The translations under genes were made by a program, and so were the position numbers. DNA of 40,641 nt from Polyangiales bacterium (lineage in GTDB: Bacteria; Myxococcota_A; Polyangia; Polyangiales; DASUME01). Below are positions 36,444 through 40,641 of the stretch, in pieces. Location of the stretch: NCBI GenBank assembly GCA_038257655.1, contig JBBSJC010000003.1, positions 1 through 40,641 of the forward strand, read 5' to 3'. Each line of letters opens with the position of its first letter. Position 1 is the first letter of the stretch. The notes beneath the pieces were generated by a model. The model ran no database searches and was not told the origin of the DNA. It saw nothing but the letters and a program-made list of their open reading frames with translations.

Positions 36444-37639
36444 ATCGTCCTACGAACATCCTTGAGGATGCCCTGGAGGCGCTGGACGCAAACCTCGACG
36501 CGCCGCGACGAGACGCACAAAAGCGCAGACTGCGTGCCGCGATTCCTGTACGCCGCGCTTCGATCCTGGCGTGGAGTGGTTTCGCTGCAGCCGCGACTGC
36601 CGCAGTGCTCGCGGGCTTTGTCCTGCTCGAAGGCACTCCCGGCGTAGAAAGCAAGGTTGCCGTCTCCACTCCTGTTGTTGCTGTCGCTCCTGTCAGGGGC
36701 ATCGCGCGGCAACCGAGCGAGCAGGAACCTGCCAAGCCGCCAAGCGAGGATGCCTTGCCTGGCACTCCGTCGCTGCGGCACGTGTCGCTCGGTCGCGGAG
36801 TGGTCATGGCACTGGGTGAGCACGCCAAAGCGCGTGGCCGCCGCGTCGGTCCGCGAAGGTACCAGGTGCAGCTCGAGGAAGGTATGGTCGAGCTTGGCGA
36901 TCAACCCATGCCCACGCGCACGGTGACGCGAGCAGCCTGGGTCGTGCTGGCAGGCGAGTACCGCGTGAACGCCCAGGATGCGGTGTTTAGCGTCAGCTAC
37001 GAAGCCGCTTCGCGAGCCGTGCACGTGCAAGTTTCCAAGGGACAGGTGCTCGTCTCGGGTCCTTACGCACCCCCGCAGAAAATCAGCGCAGGTCAAGAGC
37101 TGCACGCGTCTAAGACACTCAGATCTGCAAGCAACCGCAAACAGGCACAGCGTGACCCCGCTGCACCCAGCCCGGAAAGCCAGGATTGGCATGCGTTGTA
37201 TCAAGCGGGGCGCTACGGCGATGCTCTGACTCTCGCACGGCGTAGTGGGCTGACCGCTTCACTGGGCGCGGGGCTCAGCGCGGGCGACCTGACGGATCTT
37301 GCCCACGCCGCACGACTTGCGCGTGCTTCGAGCGAAGCACAAACGCTATTGCAGGCTCTTAGGACGCGCTATCCCGATGCCCGTGGCGCACGGGATGCCG
37401 CCTTTCTATTGGGGCGCCTGGCGAGCGACCGCGGCTCTGCAGCGGAGGCGCAGTCCTGGTTCACGACCTATCTGCGCGAGAGCCCGTCCGGAGCTTACGC
37501 GCAAGAGTCCCTGGGCCGCTTACTTACGCTTGCCTCCCAAGGGTCAGACTCGGCGCGCGCAAGAGACCTCGCGAATCGCTATCTGAGTAAGTTCCCCGGT
37601 GGCCCCTACGCCGTGCTCGCTCGAACCCTGACGCACTAA
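36440..37639 (+). CDS. FecR-like transmembrane anti-sigma factor with C-terminal TPR domain
   Basis: ATGA overlap with the sigma gene; short N-terminal domain; TM (WSGFAAAATAAVLAGFVLL); FecR-like strands (VQLEEGMV, AVFSVS, VHVQVSKGQVLV, ISAGQ); TPRs (LRTRYPDARGARDAAFLLGRL, YLSKFPGGPYA). Confidence 0.85.
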   Translation: MNRPTNILEDALEALDANLDAPRRDAQKRRLRAAIPVRRASILAWSGFAAAATAAVLAGFVLLEGTPGVESKVAVSTPVVAVAPVRGIARQPSEQEPAKPPSEDALPGTPSLRHVSLGRGVVMALGEHAKARGRRVGPRRYQVQLEEGMVELGDQPMPTRTVTRAAWVVLAGEYRVNAQDAVFSVSYEAASRAVHVQVSKGQVLVSGPYAPPQKISAGQELHASKTLRSASNRKQAQRDPAAPSPESQDWHALYQAGRYGDALTLARRSGLTASLGAGLSAGDLTDLAHAARLARASSEAQTLLQALRTRYPDARGARDAAFLLGRLASDRGSAAEAQSWFTTYLRESPSGAYAQESLGRLLTLASQGSDSARARDLANRYLSKFPGGPYAVLARTLTH

Positions 37640-37657
37640 GGTGGGGTACCGCTTCCG

Positions 37658-38761
37658 TTACTCGCTGCCGAGCCAGCGCGCCTTGATCCGGTCCAGGCCG
37701 TCGCGCTCGGCAAGCTCGAGCAGGGCCACGTTGAGCCGAGCCACATCGTCGGAGGCGTGCTTCTGCATCGCAAATCCGTAGCCCAAGGGATCATACTCTT
37801 TATCCGAGAGTGATATTTCCTGTTCGGGGTGTTGATTTAGGTAATACGCGAGCACGGGTCGGTCCCACACGACTGCGCTTACCTTCTCCTGTTGAAGCGC
37901 CAGCACCGCGTCGGCAAGCGAGCTCACTGCGACAAGCCGACCTCCGAACTCTTTGACGAAGGTGGCAGCGGGCGACCCCTTCGGAGCGGCCACTCTGAGG
38001 TCTGCCAAATCTCGCACCCTAGTCACGGACGGGGTCTCAATCTGCGATAGCGTCAACGCGGTGGCGATCGATGCCGTCAAGGACGACGCCGTGATCATGG
38101 CAAGCACCATCCAGACTCCCGCCACAAAGCGGCCGGCCATCGAGAGCGGCGCGCGATCGCCATACCCCACCGTGGTCATCGTCACCAAGGCCAGCCAGAT
38201 TCCGTTCCCGATGCCACGTGCTGGGTCAGCGGGAAACTGCGCGCTGTTCTGCTTGCGTTCGCACAACCAAAGCAAGACGCCCACCGCACCGAGCACCACT
38301 AACAGGAAGCTGACTCCGACCAGAAATGTCTTACTCATGAACGGTCGCATGCGATCCCAGTAAGACACGGCCGCAGGTGCTAAGAGGGATAGCGTCGACT
38401 GATGAAAAGGCTGCGTGAAGGCCACCCGACGTGCCCGCTTGGCCGTGATGCTTACCGGGCCGACCACCAGATCTGCCTGATCGGCTTCGAGCGCCGCAAT
38501 CGCGTCGTCCACCGAGTCATACCGCGCGTAAGTCCAGCGTGGCGCGAGCGACGCCCCGACAGCCCGCCAGACATCGATCGCAAGTCCGACGGGTTCTCCG
38601 CCACGGTCGATAACGAAGGGTGCACTGCCCGCGACCGCGACGCGCAAAGACGCAGGAGCCTCCTTTGCCGCACCCGCATCAGCGCCGTCAGCGCGCGTCG
38701 AGATCGGGCATAACAACAGCAGCGCGCTGGCTGCTGCGCAGGCGAGCCATACGTCCCTCAT
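37658..38761 (-). CDS. GluR0-like ligand-gated K+ channel (periplasmic binding domain split by an inverted K+ pore), 367 aa
   Basis: Signal peptide; S1 (APFV, GLAIDVW, GPVSITAKRARRVAFTQPF); M1; pore WLALVTMTTVGYGD; M2 with SSLTASIATAL; S2 (WDRPVL, YGFAM). Confidence 0.92.
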   Translation of the reverse strand: MRDVWLACAAASALLLLCPISTRADGADAGAAKEAPASLRVAVAGSAPFVIDRGGEPVGLAIDVWRAVGASLAPRWTYARYDSVDDAIAALEADQADLVVGPVSITAKRARRVAFTQPFHQSTLSLLAPAAVSYWDRMRPFMSKTFLVGVSFLLVVLGAVGVLLWLCERKQNSAQFPADPARGIGNGIWLALVTMTTVGYGDRAPLSMAGRFVAGVWMVLAMITASSLTASIATALTLSQIETPSVTRVRDLADLRVAAPKGSPAATFVKEFGGRLVAVSSLADAVLALQQEKVSAVVWDRPVLAYYLNQHPEQEISLSDKEYDPLGYGFAMQKHASDDVARLNVALLELAERDGLDRIKARWLGSE

Positions 38762-38814
38762 AATGCCCACCTTGCCACGGCTTTGCGTCCCAACGCGAGC
38801 ATCCTGCGCCTGCG

Positions 38815-40083
38815 TCAAGCGCGTGCTGCAAGCGCCACCCGAATGTCAGAGCCACTGGGCGCTTGAAATACGCGCAGACCGAACTCCGGCACGATCGCGA
38901 GCAGGTGATCGAAAATATCGGCCTGGATTGCCTCGTAGTTGGCCCAGACGATGTCGTTTGCGAAGCAGTAGAGCTCGATCGCGATGCCGCCTTCGTCAGG
39001 CGGTAACTGACGTACGATAAGCGTCCGATCACTGTAGATCTTCGGATTTGCGCGCAGGTAGGCATGCACGTACGCGCGAAACGTACCGAGGTTTGTCAGC
39101 CTTCGTCCGTTGACGACCTCATCGACTTCGATCTGCTGCTCCCGGTTGTAGCGCTCCACATCTTGCCGCTGAGTCGCGAGATAGGGGCGCAAAAGCTGAA
39201 TACGGTCGTAGCGCGTTAGATCCTCGGGCGTGCAGAAGCGCACGGAAGTCATGTCGATCTTCAGCGCACGCATAATGCGTCTACCGCCTGACTCCTGCAT
39301 GCCCCGCCAGTTGCGAAAGGAGTCGCTGATCAGCGAGTAAGCGGGGATGGTCGAGATCGTCTTGTCGAAGTTCTGCACCTTGATCGTCGTCAGCGCGATA
39401 TCTATCACGTCGCCGTTGGCGCCGTACTTTGGCACTTCGATCCAATCGCCCTTGCGCACCATGTCTTGGGCGCTGAGCTGCACGGAGGCGACAAGCCCCA
39501 GGATCGCGTCCTTGAACACCAAAATCAACACGGCGCTCAGTGCGCCAAGACCACTTAGTAACACGACCGGAGAGCGTCCGATGATGGTTGCGATCAGTAA
39601 GATCGCAGCGATCACGTAGGCGACGATCCGAACCACCTGCATGTAGCTCTTGATCGGCGTGAAACGTGCGGCATTCATGCCGTCGTAAACGTCGGTCACC
39701 GCGTACAAGAAGCCGTCGACGGCGCGCACCGTGACGATACCCATATAGAGGAGCGCAGCGCGCTGGGATAGCTCGAGCAGCCCCTCCGAACGTGCGAACA
39801 CGACCGGTGCAGTCAAGAACAGGATCATGCCGGGCACCAGCTGCGAGAGCCTGTCGAACACATGGTTATCGATTAGCTTGTCGTCCCAGCCAGTCTGGGT
39901 GCGTCGCACAAAGGCGTTTACCGCACGGATGATGAAGTGCTTGGCGAAGTAATTCGCGATCAGCGCGAGCAGAATCACGGCAAAGAACATCACAGCGACC
40001 GCCGCAAGCTCCCTATCATCTGCAGGCACGCCCCAGGTCGCAACTAGCTTCTCGATACGATGGTGCAGCTCGGGTGTCTTCAT
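38815..40083 (-). CDS. ybdG: YbdG-type (miniconductance) MscS-family mechanosensitive channel, 422 aa
   Basis: SGLGALSAVLILVFKDAILGLVASVQLSAQDMVRKGDWIEVPKYGANGDVIDIALTTIKVQNFDKTISTIP, SFRNWRGMQESGGRRI, RRLTNLGTFRAY, YEAIQADIFDHL, FGLRVFQAPSG. Confidence 0.92.
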   Translation of the reverse strand: MKTPELHHRIEKLVATWGVPADDRELAAVAVMFFAVILLALIANYFAKHFIIRAVNAFVRRTQTGWDDKLIDNHVFDRLSQLVPGMILFLTAPVVFARSEGLLELSQRAALLYMGIVTVRAVDGFLYAVTDVYDGMNAARFTPIKSYMQVVRIVAYVIAAILLIATIIGRSPVVLLSGLGALSAVLILVFKDAILGLVASVQLSAQDMVRKGDWIEVPKYGANGDVIDIALTTIKVQNFDKTISTIPAYSLISDSFRNWRGMQESGGRRIMRALKIDMTSVRFCTPEDLTRYDRIQLLRPYLATQRQDVERYNREQQIEVDEVVNGRRLTNLGTFRAYVHAYLRANPKIYSDRTLIVRQLPPDEGGIAIELYCFANDIVWANYEAIQADIFDHLLAIVPEFGLRVFQAPSGSDIRVALAARA

Positions 40084-40400
40084 GGACCAATCATCACAGC
40101 TAAAGGTACAGGAGAAGACCCCACTGTAGCGCCTCAGCGCGAGCGCGCATGCCCGGCGCTTCAAACACTCAGGTCGCGAGCGACACATAGTAAGGCTGAC
40201 GAAAGTGCGACCGAGTCATCCCGCGCACGATGCGTAAGGTGGAGCAGCAACAGGATGACCGCCTTGCGCTCATGAGCGGGGCTACGCCGGTCGCAGAAGC
40301 GCACACAACGACCCTGTCTATCGAGCTGCTCGAAGGCCGGTTGCAAGCCGTGTAGATGTGAGCCGCCCTCGACTGCCCCTCCCTGATACGACCTTCGGTA

Positions 40401-40641
40401 TTAGAACCGGACCAACGCTCCCCCCATTAAGTCGACATAGGTGCCCTGAATCATGCGCACGGCAAGCTGCACGAAGGGTTCGATGCGCTCGCCTGCGCGA
40501 AACAGGCAACCCCCGATTAGATTGAGCTTGAGCGTGCTGCCGTTTGAAAACGATAGACCGAGTCCTGGCGCCACGTAGGGCACGATGTGAGGATTGGGCA
40601 TCGAGATCAGAAACGGCAAGTCGACTTCGATCAGATCGACA
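40401..40641 (-). CDS. C-terminal part of an outer-membrane beta-barrel protein; truncated by the right window edge
   Basis: Frame is open to the window edge: ...VPYVAPGLGLSF...LKLNLIGGCLF...IEPFVQL...DLMGGALVRF*, with alternating strands and a terminal Phe. Confidence 0.7.
   Translation of the reverse strand, partial: VDLIEVDLPFLISMPNPHIVPYVAPGLGLSFSNGSTLKLNLIGGCLFRAGERIEPFVQLAVRMIQGTYVDLMGGALVRF

Noticed and set aside
1-40641. rRNA, tRNA, CRISPR arrays, transposases or integrases
   Set aside because: None recognised on either strand by eye; a covariance-model search would be needed to exclude small ncRNAs.

Overview
GC-rich, gene-dense accessory region. The gene families (DUF1592/DUF1552 pair, giant TPR protein, Cys-rich and DGG/DAG-linker lipoproteins, ECF sigma + FecR-TPR module, sigma54 promoters) suggest a myxobacterium, probably Polyangia; this taxonomy is an inference. 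Left to right: (1) a class II lanthipeptide cluster on the minus strand (lanA, stem-loop, lanM, two membrane-fusion proteins, C39-peptidase ABC transporter running off the left edge) with an unusual 17-aa core RMMLTRSYNGTLQGPCC; (2) a Cys-rich lipoprotein, a ZIP transporter, a ~2490-aa TPR protein with a strong sigma54 promoter and an orphan anti-sigma-like protein; (3) an operon pairing a secreted/membrane STAND-like NTPase with a minimal MscS channel; (4) a redox-flavoured stretch (CxxCH propeller lipoprotein, catalase-like protein, NOX/ferric-reductase-like protein plus a 33-aa membrane peptide missed by the ORF track, MOSC protein, a gene remnant); (5) a CBM-like lipoprotein, DUF1592/DUF1552, an outer-membrane barrel, an ECF sigma and a FecR-TPR anti-sigma; (6) a GluR0-like ligand-gated K+ channel downstream of a YbdG-type MscS, and a truncated beta-barrel gene. 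The strongest hidden signal is a bipartite motif GTGAGCC-N15/16-GGGGACT found three times in about 4.5 kb: before the ECF sigma gene, before DUF1592-DUF1552, and before a small antisense-facing ORF. It looks like the promoter of a local ECF regulon. No rRNA, tRNA, CRISPR array or transposase was recognised. All family calls come from motif recognition by eye, not from database searches.
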